NCBI RefSeq assembly: GCF_001194135.2
Contig: NC_068989.1
Span: 54,148,384 to 54,193,172 of the forward strand
DNA: 44,789 nt
Direction of reading: 5' to 3'
Source of the DNA: Octopus bimaculoides
Lineage: Eukaryota
Positions 21,846-33,615 of this stretch are shown in pieces. Within the stretch, counting starts at the first letter, position 1. Every line of letters begins with the position of its first letter. The position numbers and the translations under genes were made by a program. Below the pieces are notes generated by a model that was not told where the DNA came from, searched no databases, and saw only the letters and a program-made list of their open reading frames with translations.

Positions 21846-22745
21846 ATCATCACAGCAACGGCCGCCAGCTTCGCCGCCATCGTGGTCTTATTCGAATTGT
21901 CTCTGTCGCAGCTATCATCACCACGACAACGAATACGCCCTCGTCGATCACCACCACCACCACCACTCCACCAACACCACNNNNNNNNNNNNNNNNNNNN
22001 NNNNNNNNNNNNNNNNNNNNNNNNNNNNNNNNNNNNNNNNNNNNNNNNNNNNNNNNNNNNNNNNNNNNNNNNNNNNNNNNNNNNNNNNNNNNNNNNNNNN
22101 NNNNNNNNNNNNNNNNNNNNNNNNNNNNNNNNNNNNNNNNNNNNNNNNNNNNNNNNNNNNNNNNNNNNNNNNNNNNNNNNNNNNNNNNNNNNNNNNNNNN
22201 NNNNNNNNNNNNNNNNNNNNNNNNNNNNNNNNNNNNNNNNNNNNNNNNNNNNNNNNNNNNNNNNNNNNNNNNNNNNNNNNNNNNNNNNNNNNNNNNNNNN
22301 NNNNNNNNNNNNNNNNNNNNNNNNNNNNNNNNNNNNNNNNNNNNNNNNNNNNNNNNNNNNNNNNNNNNNNNNNNNNNNNNNNNNNNNNNNNNNNNNNNNN
22401 NNNNNNNCCACCAACACCACTCCACCAACACCACTCCACCAACACCACTCCACCAACATCAACATCACTCCACCATCACCAACACCGCCACCGCCACAAC
22501 CCAAGCCGGCGTCACTTCCGCCACCACTGCCACTACAAGACTCAACATCGCCACAGTCACCACCGCCACCATCAACACTGTCATGAGCACCATCACTACC
22601 ACAACAAGCGCCATCACCATCATCATCAGCAACACTATTACCACCTTCCCCATTATCACCGCCGCCACCGCCGCCGCTTCCGCCGCCATAACCGCGACAG
22701 CTATGACAACCACCACCACCACCACCACTACTACTACTACTACTG
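21506..22745. repeat. (CAC)/(CAT) degenerate triplet tract with a 14-bp minisatellite (caccaacaccactc) across the gap 21981-22407
   Basis: Unit present on both sides of the gap; three full units at 22409-22450. Confidence 0.85.
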
Positions 22746-22854
22746 AAATGTGGTGTTGTGATTTGAGACACATACAAGAGGAATCAGTGATGAATGATGG
22801 GATAGTTAGGTTGGAGAAAAGGGAAAGCGAAGACAGGTGGACTGGAGATAGATG

Positions 22855-22863
22855 GATAGATAA

Positions 22864-22931
<68 letters not shown>

Positions 22932-23108
22932 GAGGGATGAAAGAAAGAGAATGAGAAGGAGGGGAAGGAGAGAGATGACTGACTGACAGACAGAGTTATG
23001 GAGAATTCGAAGGACAGATGGACGATCGACCAAATGGATGGAAAGAGTAAGTCTGCGTTTGACCTACACAGACATACAGTTAAACGGAGAGAGAGAGGGG
23101 AGAGAAAA

Positions 23109-23180
<72 letters not shown>
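22855..23180. repeat. (GATA)n/(GA)n microsatellites
   Basis: Direct reading. Confidence 0.9.
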
Positions 23181-23182
<2 letters not shown>

Positions 23183-23440
23183 AGCATAGAAAGTAACAAA
23201 CAGACAGCTAAAGCGATCAAAAAGCCTCTATGTGACCGTTGGATAAGCTAGACATAATAACTGAATCTCATATCGGATATGCCGCCAAAAGATGTGATGA
23301 CACGAGCATGGCTACAAAGCTTTATGTTCGTTGGCCTTTTTTAGAACAAGCATAAAACGCGGAGGGACACTGCATAAGTGACATAAATGAACAGATCGAA
23401 GATTTAATACAGATATATACATTGATAGATAGAGTGATAG

Positions 23441-23474
<34 letters not shown>

Positions 23475-25954
23475 AGGATGAGAGAATGCAAAACCTTAAT
23501 TCGTTACACGACAGCTGATCACGATGTCTGGGACTATAAAAATCTGCAAGGCCTTCTTAAGATTTGAAGGATGATGGTTAATACAAGATGCGTCTCTTCA
23601 CAACCAAACTGCAAAGCAGGTAGCCGGTCATATTTTACTCTAACTTAAAAAGAGAAAGAAATTTTGTTTCCGAGGACATAAACCTACAGAAAGCATGTAG
23701 ATCATGATTTTGATTACATGCTGCCTAGTCTCAACATGTTTAGTAACAACAACTAAAATATTGAGAGATTCAAGAATATTTCCTCTCCTATCTCCTTTCC
23801 CATTAATTATACTCCTAATTTATTAAATAAATGTATCGAGAATTGTGTAATATACTTTGACACGGTGGAAATTCTTCCAGATTTTTTGAAGGTTGAACTA
23901 TGACTACAGATACGGAATTAAATTTGAGTCTAGGTATCACTTTCTTGCATCTGCCCTCATTAGAGATTTCTTCTAACACCTCCATATTCTCATGTTATGC
24001 TTTCTGAATAACATTCTGGTATATTTCCTTAAATTTTTCTTTTGCTCTTGTCTCATTATCTTCCCCATACAATCGGTAATTGTACATACAACTGGTAAAC
24101 AAGGCTTTGTTGCTGAAGAACATTTGTAGTGGTAGCTGTCTCAATTTCAAAACATAGAAGAAACTCTAAATTTGATACTACATCAAAGTATTGTTATATT
24201 TCGGTTTGCTACCTCCTATAGATTTCATTCACTTGATCATGAGAAACTGTACCACTACATTGAGTAACTCCTAATATCTTCTCTATAGAGCCTGCTTGAG
24301 CCAGATAACTTTTTCAGTTCCTTAGTACAAGACTCAGTGTACATGGTGAGTTGAATTTTTATGAATGCGACATCTTTGACGTTAAATTAAAAGTAAATCT
24401 TTTTACTATAATTGAAAATGAAACGACAAGGTCGTTTGATTTTGCACTTTTTACGAGCTCAAGTTTCGAGCAATATACACATTAGAGTTTTCGTCGAAAG
24501 AAAATATGCAAATTTATAAAGCTTGAAGCCACTGGTATGATTAATTCATTTTAATAACACCATTGTTTAAGTAACTTTTCATGTTTTCAATCAATGAGCC
24601 ATTTTCCCAACAGAAATAAAGTAGATGAAAAGATAGATTCATTCTTTTCAGCTTTTCAGCAATTGTAAACACCACATCATAAACTTCAATGAAATGTTGT
24701 TAGATTCAATTAGAAAACGCATGGTATATGTACGATAGAACCCGTTCTGTGTGAAGAACAGCAACCAGAGTGAATGTCTTAAGGCTGACTTTCTTTTAAC
24801 ATTGATTTTATTACAGAAGTAAACTTATGTCATTCACATCTATAGTTGCTAATGACATTGTCATATTTGAGAAATTGTTGAACCAGCACAAGGAAGGTTT
24901 CTCTATTTCGACTTGGCTATGATCCTCAATTTTCAGCGGTAGATTTCGTTGAGCTAAATATAAAATTTTATTTTCCAGACTAAACATTATTTTTTTATTC
25001 CACCATCGATCAATCAGCTACTTATGTCTTATATATCAATTGCACCAGTGGCAATAGATTAAGGATATTCTATGGTATTGTTAATACCATAAAAGTTAAA
25101 ATATCCCCTTTAGTGATAGTGATATATATTTATACATATTTTGCAATCTCTGAGAGTGGCATCAATTTCATTATAGAAATAACAAACCGATTGAGATTGT
25201 ATTTTTCAGAAGCTGACTTGTTTTGTCGGCCATAAAAAATTAAATCCGTACTTACTACTACCTCTTATGTGTGATAACAATCAAAGAATTGTAACATTAA
25301 CGCAAAAAAAAAAAAACAAGCATAATCGGAAGAAGATGGGGGAAGGTTATATCTAAGACAGCAAAATATATTGTAATTGCCACGCAAGTGGAAAATAATT
25401 TATATTTTCTTTCGACGAAAACACTATTGCTTTCCCAAATGAAATTCATATTGAGAGTGTCATGCATGCGATGTGTTGCTTAACAAATTATGTACTGATT
25501 TACAAAAACAATATTGTTCTTAGTATTTGTACATTAGTAACTGCACCGAATAGGTCGTTTTACTAATTAACTTGGTAATAGTGGAACTAAAAGCTGTAGC
25601 TGTAAAGAAAGTCCTAGCAAGTAACTTCTTTTCTACTAAAATAATGTTTCGAATTTTGAAACAAAGGGCACTTTTCATATAGAGGGGAAAAAGTCAACAT
25701 CCGAAGCATACCGGCCGCCAGGTTGTGTAAGTGTAGGACATGCATCCAAACATATATGTGTGTATGTTTATGTAAGTGCGTGTGTGTACACTCTGACATC
25801 ATGCGTAAGCACACATACGCGCAGACAAATCTACATTAACAGACCCGCATTAAACACACGCACTCACAGGTAAAACTTAAATCTATAATGACTTTCAGGT
25901 AGTTTCAAACTATATATCATGAAGTTTTGCTTGTATTATTTTGAACATATACAA

Positions 25955-26137
25955 AGGCGGCGAGTTGTCAGAATCGTTAGCAGGTCTGGTGAAATAAATA
26001 GCGGCGTTTCATCCGCTTTTTTTTTTTTCCTTTCTGAGTTCAAATTTTACCGGGGTTGACATTGCATTTTATCGTTTAGGGGTAGATAAAATAAGCACCA
26101 CTTGAACACTAGGGTCGACTCAACTTTACCCCGAAAC
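25955..26137 (+). mobile_element. SINE family B copy
   Basis: ggcggcgagttgtcagaatcgttagc...ctgagttcaaattttaccggggttgac...ggggtagataaaataagcacca. Confidence 0.8.
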
Positions 26138-26950
26138 ATGCTGCTCTTGTTATGGAGGTGTGTGTATANNNNNNNNNNNNNNNNNNNNNNNNNNNNNNNN
26201 NNNNNNNNNNNNNNNNNNNNNNNNNNNNNNNNNNNNNNNNNNNNNNNNNNNNNNNNNNNNNNNNNNNNNNNNNNNNNNNNNNNNNNNNNNNNNNNNNNNN
26301 NNNNNNNNNNNNNNNNNNNNNNNNNNNNNNNNNNNNNNNNNNNNNNNNNNNNNNNNNNNNNNNNNNNNNNNNNNNNNNNNNNNNNNNNNNNNNNNNNNNN
26401 NNNNNNNNNNNNNNNNNNNNNNNNNNNNNNNNNNNNNNNNNNNNNNNNNNNNNNNNNNNNNNNNNNNNNNNNNNNNNNNNNNNNNNNNNNNNNNNNNNNN
26501 NNNNNNNNNNNNNNNNNNNNNNNNNNNNNNNNNNNNNNNNNNNNNNNNNNNNNNNNNNNNNNNNNNNNNNNNNNNNNNNNNNNNNNNNNNNNNNNNNNNN
26601 NNNNNNNNNNNNNNNNNNNNNNNNNNNNNNNNNNNNNNNNNNNNNNNNNNNNNNNNNNNNNNNNNNNNNNNNNNNNNNNNNNNNNNNNNNNNNNNNNNNN
26701 NNNNNNNNNNNNNNNNNNNNNNNNNNNNNNNNNNNNNNNNNNNNNNNNNNNNNNNNNNNNNNNNNNNNNNNNNNNNNNNNNNNNNNNNNNNNNNNNNNNN
26801 NNNNNNNNNNNNNNNNNNNNNNNNNNNNNNNNNNNNNNNNNNNNNNNNNNNNNNNNNNNNNNNNNNNNNNNNNNNNNNNNNNNNNNNNNNNNNNNNNNNN
26901 NNNNNNNNNNNNNNNNNNNNNNNNNNNNNNNNNNNNNNNNNNNNNNNNNN

Positions 26951-26996
<46 letters not shown>

Positions 26997-27134
26997 AATC
27001 TTTAACAGAAGCAACAGTGCGTCTCAAGGGCTGAGAGTTTCGTGCTAAAGCTTAATAAAAACACATATATGCTCATATTTTGAGTTCTATTTCCTGTGTT
27101 GACATCACCATACCTATATGTGAGTGTGCATGTG

Positions 27135-27220
27135 TATACATACATACATACATACATACATACATACATACATGCATACATACATACATACATACATACA
27201 TGCATACATACATACATACA

Positions 27221-27250
<30 letters not shown>
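27135..27250. repeat. (CATA)n microsatellite
   Basis: Direct reading. Confidence 0.95.
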
Positions 27251-27251
<1 letters not shown>

Positions 27252-27788
27252 GTATATATATAATGCTACCTTACATCTACGCTGAACTCCCGCCGAGGTC
27301 AGCGTTGCCTTATATCCTTTCCGAATCAATATAAAAAAAAGTACCGATCATTTATTGAAGTTTATATTACATTATATATAATATAAAGCACGTGATGCAA
27401 AAGAGACAATCCTAATGATGGACTCAGCCGATAACCGGAAACGTCTTGCAAGCAACAACTGTTTAGTGTAACTGCACGAATTGGAAATCCTCGACCATGC
27501 AAGGATGCATGCTGTAGTCTTTTGTTGGTTTGCAGCACTTCAATTCCTATCGAGTTTATCTCGAATCTGTAGCACCCGAAGATAGCACTGCCAGGTCAAG
27601 AATTTATGGAAATTATTCATAGAATTATTTGGTCCCAGAGTCCTCGAAACAGGCCAGCTAGTTCGTTCGCATCGATGCCTAGAGCTACCCTGAGAATGTC
27701 ACCGGTGTTACGCACAAGTTCTTTTATATACTGCTAAAGCATTGTTACCAGAACTATACGAGTCCCATAACTACAACACACATGACTA

Positions 27789-27944
27789 CCACTAATACTA
27801 CCATTCTCAACACCACCTCTACCACTTCCACTACCGCCACCACCATTATCAATAACCAATGCCACAATGGTCACACCAGTAACACAGGCTTTCTGTTAGT
27901 TATGGCCATTCCACTTCCACGGCCAATCACATCCACCACCTCCA
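27789..27944. repeat. 156-bp segment identical to 29345-29500, both at gap edges
   Basis: Exact match read directly. Confidence 0.9.
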
Positions 27945-28645
27945 NNNNNNNNNNNNNNNNNNNNNNNNNNNNNNNNNNNNNNNNNNNNNNNNNNNNNNNN
28001 NNNNNNNNNNNNNNNNNNNNNNNNNNNNNNNNNNNNNNNNNNNNNNNNNNNNNNNNNNNNNNNNNNNNNNNNNNNNNNNNNNNNNNNNNNNNNNNNNNNN
28101 NNNNNNNNNNNNNNNNNNNNNNNNNNNNNNNNNNNNNNNNNNNNNNNNNNNNNNNNNNNNNNNNNNNNNNNNNNNNNNNNNNNNNNNNNNNNNNNNNNNN
28201 NNNNNNNNNNNNNNNNNNNNNNNNNNNNNNNNNNNNNNNNNNNNNNNNNNNNNNNNNNNNNNNNNNNNNNNNNNNNNNNNNNNNNNNNNNNNNNNNNNNN
28301 NNNNNNNNNNNNNNNNNNNNNNNNNNNNNNNNNNNNNNNNNNNNNNNNNNNNNNNNNNNNNNNNNNNNNNNNNNNNNNNNNNNNNNNNNNNNNNNNNNNN
28401 NNNNNNNNNNNNNNNNNNNNNNNNNNNNNNNNNNNNNNNNNNNNNNNNNNNNNNNNNNNNNNNNNNNNNNNNNNNNNNNNNNNNNNNNNNNNNNNNNNNN
28501 NNNNNNNNNNNNNNNNNNNNNNNNNNNNNNNNNNNNNNNNNNNNNNNNNNNNNNNNNNNNNNNNNNNNNNNNNNNNNNNNNNNNNNNNNNNNNNNNNNNN
28601 NNNNNNNNNNNNNNNNNNNNNNNNNNNNNNNNNNNNNNNNNNNNN

Positions 28646-28959
28646 AGAAGAAGAAGAAGAAGAAGAAGAAGAAGAAGAAGAAGAAGAAGAAGAAGAAGAA
28701 GAAGAAGAAGAAGAAGAAGAAGAAGAAGAAGAAGAAGAAGAAGAAACAATGGAAGACGCTGAGGAAAGGAAGGAAGAAGATTGGGGCTGGAATGAAAATT
28801 AAAACTGAAAGAAAAGAAAGAAAAAAAGGAAAGTGTGTCTTCAAAGAAAATGGTACGGAAATTGGATGGAGGCAAGTTGAATGTTGTAGAAGATGAGGTA
28901 TTAATCCGGTATTGGACCATTGTCGGAATTTAATAAGGACAAACAAACAAATAATAATA

Positions 28960-29014
<55 letters not shown>

Positions 29015-29033
29015 CAACAACAACAACAACAAC

Positions 29034-29068
<35 letters not shown>

Positions 29069-29076
29069 TAACAATG

Positions 29077-29159
<83 letters not shown>

Positions 29160-29165
29160 ACTTCG
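28646..29165. repeat. Compound triplet microsatellites (AAG)n; (AAT)n-(AAC)n-(AAT)n-(AAG)n
   Basis: Direct reading. Confidence 0.95.
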
Positions 29166-29344
29166 ACAACCATGACGAAGACTATGAAGACGCTGAGGGT
29201 GGAGGGGATGATGAGTGGTGATGGTGGTGGTGATGTTAATGATGATGATTGTGATCCCGAGGTTCATGACATTCAGTCGAAAAGAAGAAGTGGTAGTTGC
29301 AGTAGCAGCAGTAGTAGTAGTAGTAGTAGTAGTANNNNNNNNNN

Positions 29345-29960
29345 CCACTAATACTACCATTCTCAACACCACCTCTACCACTTCCACTACCGCCACCACC
29401 ATTATCAATAACCAATGCCACAATGGTCACACCAGTAACACAGGCTTTCTGTTAGTTATGGCCATTCCACTTCCACGGCCAATCACATCCACCACCTCCA
29501 CCACCATTAGCATCAACACCGCGACGACGACTACTACTACCATCGCCACTAACAGAAGCATAGTACCAACCACCAACACCATCACCACTACTACCACCAG
29601 TACTGGAACCACTACCACCAACACCATCAACACTACCGCCAACACCATCACCCAGTATCAACGCCACCAACATCATCACCACTACCATCACCATCACTAG
29701 TACCACCACCATACCACCATAACAACACAATCACCAGCATCATCAATAAAACCATCATCACCATCACCACCACCACTACCACCATACCACCGCCATCACA
29801 CCATCACCGACGCCTCTACTATCACGGCCACCACCACCATCATCGTCACCGCAACTACCCCGGCCAACACACCCATCAACACCAACAACACAGTTACCAC
29901 CGTCATCATCACTACAACCGCAACCACCACCACCACAACCACCACCGCCACCGCCATAAC
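29345..29960. repeat. Degenerate (ACC)n low-complexity tract
   Basis: Direct reading; generates Thr/Val-rich pseudo-ORFs. Confidence 0.85.
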
Positions 29961-30888
29961 ACTGCCTACGCCTTTTTTTTTTTCATTGCAAACATAAAGG
30001 AAAAACAAAACTGAAACATGTGATGAACTGAATGGGAAGAAGAAGAAGAAGAAGAAGAAGAAGAANNNNNNNNNNNNNNNNNNNNNNNNNNNNNNNNNNN
30101 NNNNNNNNNNNNNNNNNNNNNNNNNNNNNNNNNNNNNNNNNNNNNNNNNNNNNNNNNNNNNNNNNNNNNNNNNNNNNNNNNNNNNNNNNNNNNNNNNNNN
30201 NNNNNNNNNNNNNNNNNNNNNNNNNNNNNNNNNNNNNNNNNNNNNNNNNNNNNNNNNNNNNNNNNNNNNNNNNNNNNNNNNNNNNNNNNNNNNNNNNNNN
30301 NNNNNNNNNNNNNNNNNNNNNNNNNNNNNNNNNNNNNNNNNNNNNNNNNNNNNNNNNNNNNNNNNNNNNNNNNNNNNNNNNNNNNNNNNNNNNNNNNNNN
30401 NNNNNNNNNNNNNNNNNNNNNNNNNNNNNNNNNNNNNNNNNNNNNNNNNNNNNNNNNNNNNNNNNNNNNNNNNNNNNNNNNNNNNNNNNNNNNNNNNNNN
30501 NNNNNNNNNNNNNNNNNNNNNNNNNNNNNNNNNNNNNNNNNNNNNNNNNNNNNNNNNNNNNNNNNNNNNNNNNNNNNNNNNNNNNNNNNNNNNNNNNNNN
30601 NNNNNNNNNNNNNNNNNNNNNNNNNNNNNNNNNNNNNNNNNNNNNNNNNNNNNNNNNNNNNNNNNNNNNNNNNNNNNNNNNNNNNNNNNNNNNNNNNNNN
30701 NNNNNNNNNNNNNNNNNNNNNNNNNNNNNNNNNNNNNNNNNNNNNNNNNNNNNNNNNNNNNNNNNNNNNNNNNNNNNNNNNNNNNNNNNNNNNNNNNNNN
30801 NNNNNNNNNNNNNNNNNNNNNNNNNNNNNNNNNNNNNNNNNNNNNNNNNNNNNNNNNNNNNNNNNNNNNNNNNNNNNNNNNNNNNNNN

Positions 30889-30925
30889 GTGGTGGTGGTA
30901 GTGGTGGTGGTGCTAGTAGTAGTAT

Positions 30926-30982
<57 letters not shown>
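30889..30982. repeat. (GGT)n/(AGT)n microsatellite
   Basis: Direct reading. Confidence 0.95.
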
Positions 30983-30984
<2 letters not shown>

Positions 30985-31593
30985 ATGGAAGATATTTACA
31001 TATATATATATGACCAAAGGAGGAAAAAAGTGGTGGAGCCGGAATAAAAACAAAACAAACCAAATAAAAAGCAACAAGAAACTGAGATTCAGTGAAGCTG
31101 TTTGAAGTGAGATGGTATATGTGTCTGCGTGTATTTGTGTGTGTGTGTGCGTGTGTTTGTGCGTATGTGTTTGTGTTTGTGTCTGCGTATATGAATGTGT
31201 GTATTTGCGTAACGGGAGCTTTTGGAACGAAAGGAGACAATTCATTTTGTGCTTTGTGTGTGACAATTATGATCTATGTGCATGTGTACCTTGGGGTTTC
31301 ACGAAAAAACAATACAAGGAAAATAAAATAAAAATGATAGGGGTCTGGTTTAGTGTGTGTAGGGGTTAGTGAATAAAGGTGTTTGCTCTCCAGTGTGTGA
31401 CACACCTTTCGTTGTTTCCACAGGCCAACTGCTCAAATGCATTCGCCTTAATCCTCTTCACGTTATTACGTCTCTTTTTTGTTTTCACATTCTGTATATA
31501 TGTATGTGTGTGTGTGTGAGGGAGCGTATATGTTTGTGCATGTATGTGTGCTTGTATGTGTGTGTCAGTATCTGCTTCTTTGCTTTGTGGTTG

Positions 31594-31635
<42 letters not shown>

Positions 31636-32955
31636 TATATTATATATATAGGTGTGTGTATGAATATATATATGTATATGTGTATTTATATATGTATGTN
31701 NNNNNNNNNNNNNNNNNNNNNNNNNNNNNNNNNNNNNNNNNNNNNNNNNNNNNNNNNNNNNNNNNNNNNNNNNNNNNNNNNNNNNNNNNNNNNNNNNNNN
31801 NNNNNNNNNNNNNNNNNNNNNNNNNNNNNNNNNNNNNNNNNNNNNNNNNNNNNNNNNNNNNNNNNNNNNNNNNNNNNNNNNNNNNNNNNNNNNNNNNNNN
31901 NNNNNNNNNNNNNNNNNNNNNNNNNNNNNNNNNNNNNNNNNNNNNNNNNNNNNNNNNNNNNNNNNNNNNNNNNNNNNNNNNNNNNNNNNNNNNNNNNNNN
32001 NNNNNNNNNNNNNNNNNNNNNNNNNNNNNNNNNNNNNNNNNNNNNNNNNNNNNNNNNNNNNNNNNNNNNNNNNNNNNNNNNNNNNNNNNNNNNNNNNNNN
32101 NNNNNNNNNNNNNNNNNNNNNNNNNNNNNNNNNNNNNNNNNNNNNNNNNNNNNNNNNNNNNNNNNNNNNNNNNNNNNNNNNNNNNNNNNNNNNNNNNNNN
32201 NNNNNNNNNNNNNNNNNNNNNNNNNNNNNNNNNNNNNNNNNNNNNNNNNNNNNNNNNNNNNNNNNNNNNNNNNNNNNNNNNNNNNNNNNNNNNNNNNNNN
32301 NNNNNNNNNNNNNNNNNNNNNNNNNNNNNNNNNNNNNNNNNNNNNNNNNNNNNNNNNNNNNNNNNNNNNNNNNNNNNNNNNNNNNNNNNNNNNNNNNNNN
32401 NNNNNNNNNNNNNNNNNNNNNNNNNNNNNNNNNNNNNNNNNNNNNNNNNNNNNNNNNNNNNNNNNNNNNNNNNNNNNNNNNNNNNNNNNNNNNNNNNNNN
32501 NNNNNNNNNNNNNNNNNNNNNNNNNNNNNNNNNNNNNNNNNNNNNNNNNNNNNNNNNNNNNNNNNNNNNNNNNNNNNNNNNNNNNNNNNNNNNNNNNNNN
32601 NNNNNNNNNNNNNNNNNNNNNNNNNNNNNNNNNNNNNNNNNNNNNNNNNNNNNNNNNATATATAAAGAAAATAAAATGGAGAAGTACTGATGAGCAAATA
32701 AATAAATTGCATTTAACCGATTAGCACTTTATTGTGATTAATATTATTAATTAGTACTACAAGCATAAGTATTATGAATTATTATGATTAATAAAAAAAC
32801 TTTACTGTATCTACACCCCTTCTCCGACTAAAACCTATTGGCGTATCCAACTCTTATTATTTTCTTTTATTACTATTGTTCATCCATCCTATCACCGCCG
32901 CCCTGTACAAAGATTAATCCACTAATCGCTATTTTGCTTTAGTCTTACTTAACAG

Positions 32956-32980
32956 CCCAAAGAGACCCACAAGCAAAATG
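32956..32980 (+). other. Candidate 25-nt micro-exon
   Basis: Branch-like actaat (32931-32936), pyrimidine tract, aacag acceptor, atg/gtatga donor. Confidence 0.25.
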
Positions 32981-33123
32981 GTATGATTACAACCATATTC
33001 AACTTTACCCTTCTTCTCTATGCTCTTGTTCTTTATTTATTCTTCACTCTAATGGAGCTCCTTGTTTCAGATCGGTTTTATTACCTAATAGGGTTAATAT
33101 TTTTACATATTTTTGCATATCAG

Positions 33124-33167
33124 TGGCAATATCATACAACATTGGAAGCAGAAACAGCTGTTAGATG
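33124..33167 (+). other. Candidate 44-nt exon
   Basis: ttttacatatttttgcatatcag acceptor, atg/gtatgc donor; 143-nt candidate intron from the previous micro-exon. Confidence 0.22.
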
Positions 33168-33499
33168 GTATGCATTCTATTTGCATTGAGTTAATAAGTA
33201 ATAATTGATTTAAATCAATTGCTTCTCCCCATTTTCTGTTTTCTTTACATTTTGATTCTTGCTACAACCATGTTTATCCCTATTTTATTTATAACATATA
33301 ATATGTTTGCATATGTATGCCCAGGGTTAAATATAATATACCGGTTTATACTGAATATTTCTGTGGCTTAGGCGGTTATTTTAAACTCTAACTCAAATAA
33401 CCTTTATATACATATATATATACACACACACATGTACACATACATATATATACACATTAACACACATATATATATATACACATTAACACATATATATAT

Positions 33500-33562
33500 A
33501 GACAAACAGACTGACAAAAGATAGATAGATAGATAGATAGACAAACGGACAGACAGTCAGAC

Positions 33563-33615
<53 letters not shown>
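33500..33615. repeat. (GACA)/(GATA)n microsatellite
   Basis: Direct reading. Confidence 0.9.

Noticed and set aside
24580-24690. Resemblance of DVVFTIAEKL...SFHLL...ENGSLIE to Ski2-like helicase motifs Ib/II
   Set aside because: No DExH, SAT or Walker A motif found in frame; the similarity is too weak to call.
27405-27450. Hammerhead-like ctaatga...ggaaacgtc
   Set aside because: Core mutated (CUAAUGA), and stems I and II do not form convincingly.
32688-32715. CTGATGA followed by a gcaa/ttgc hairpin
   Set aside because: No GAAA after the stem.
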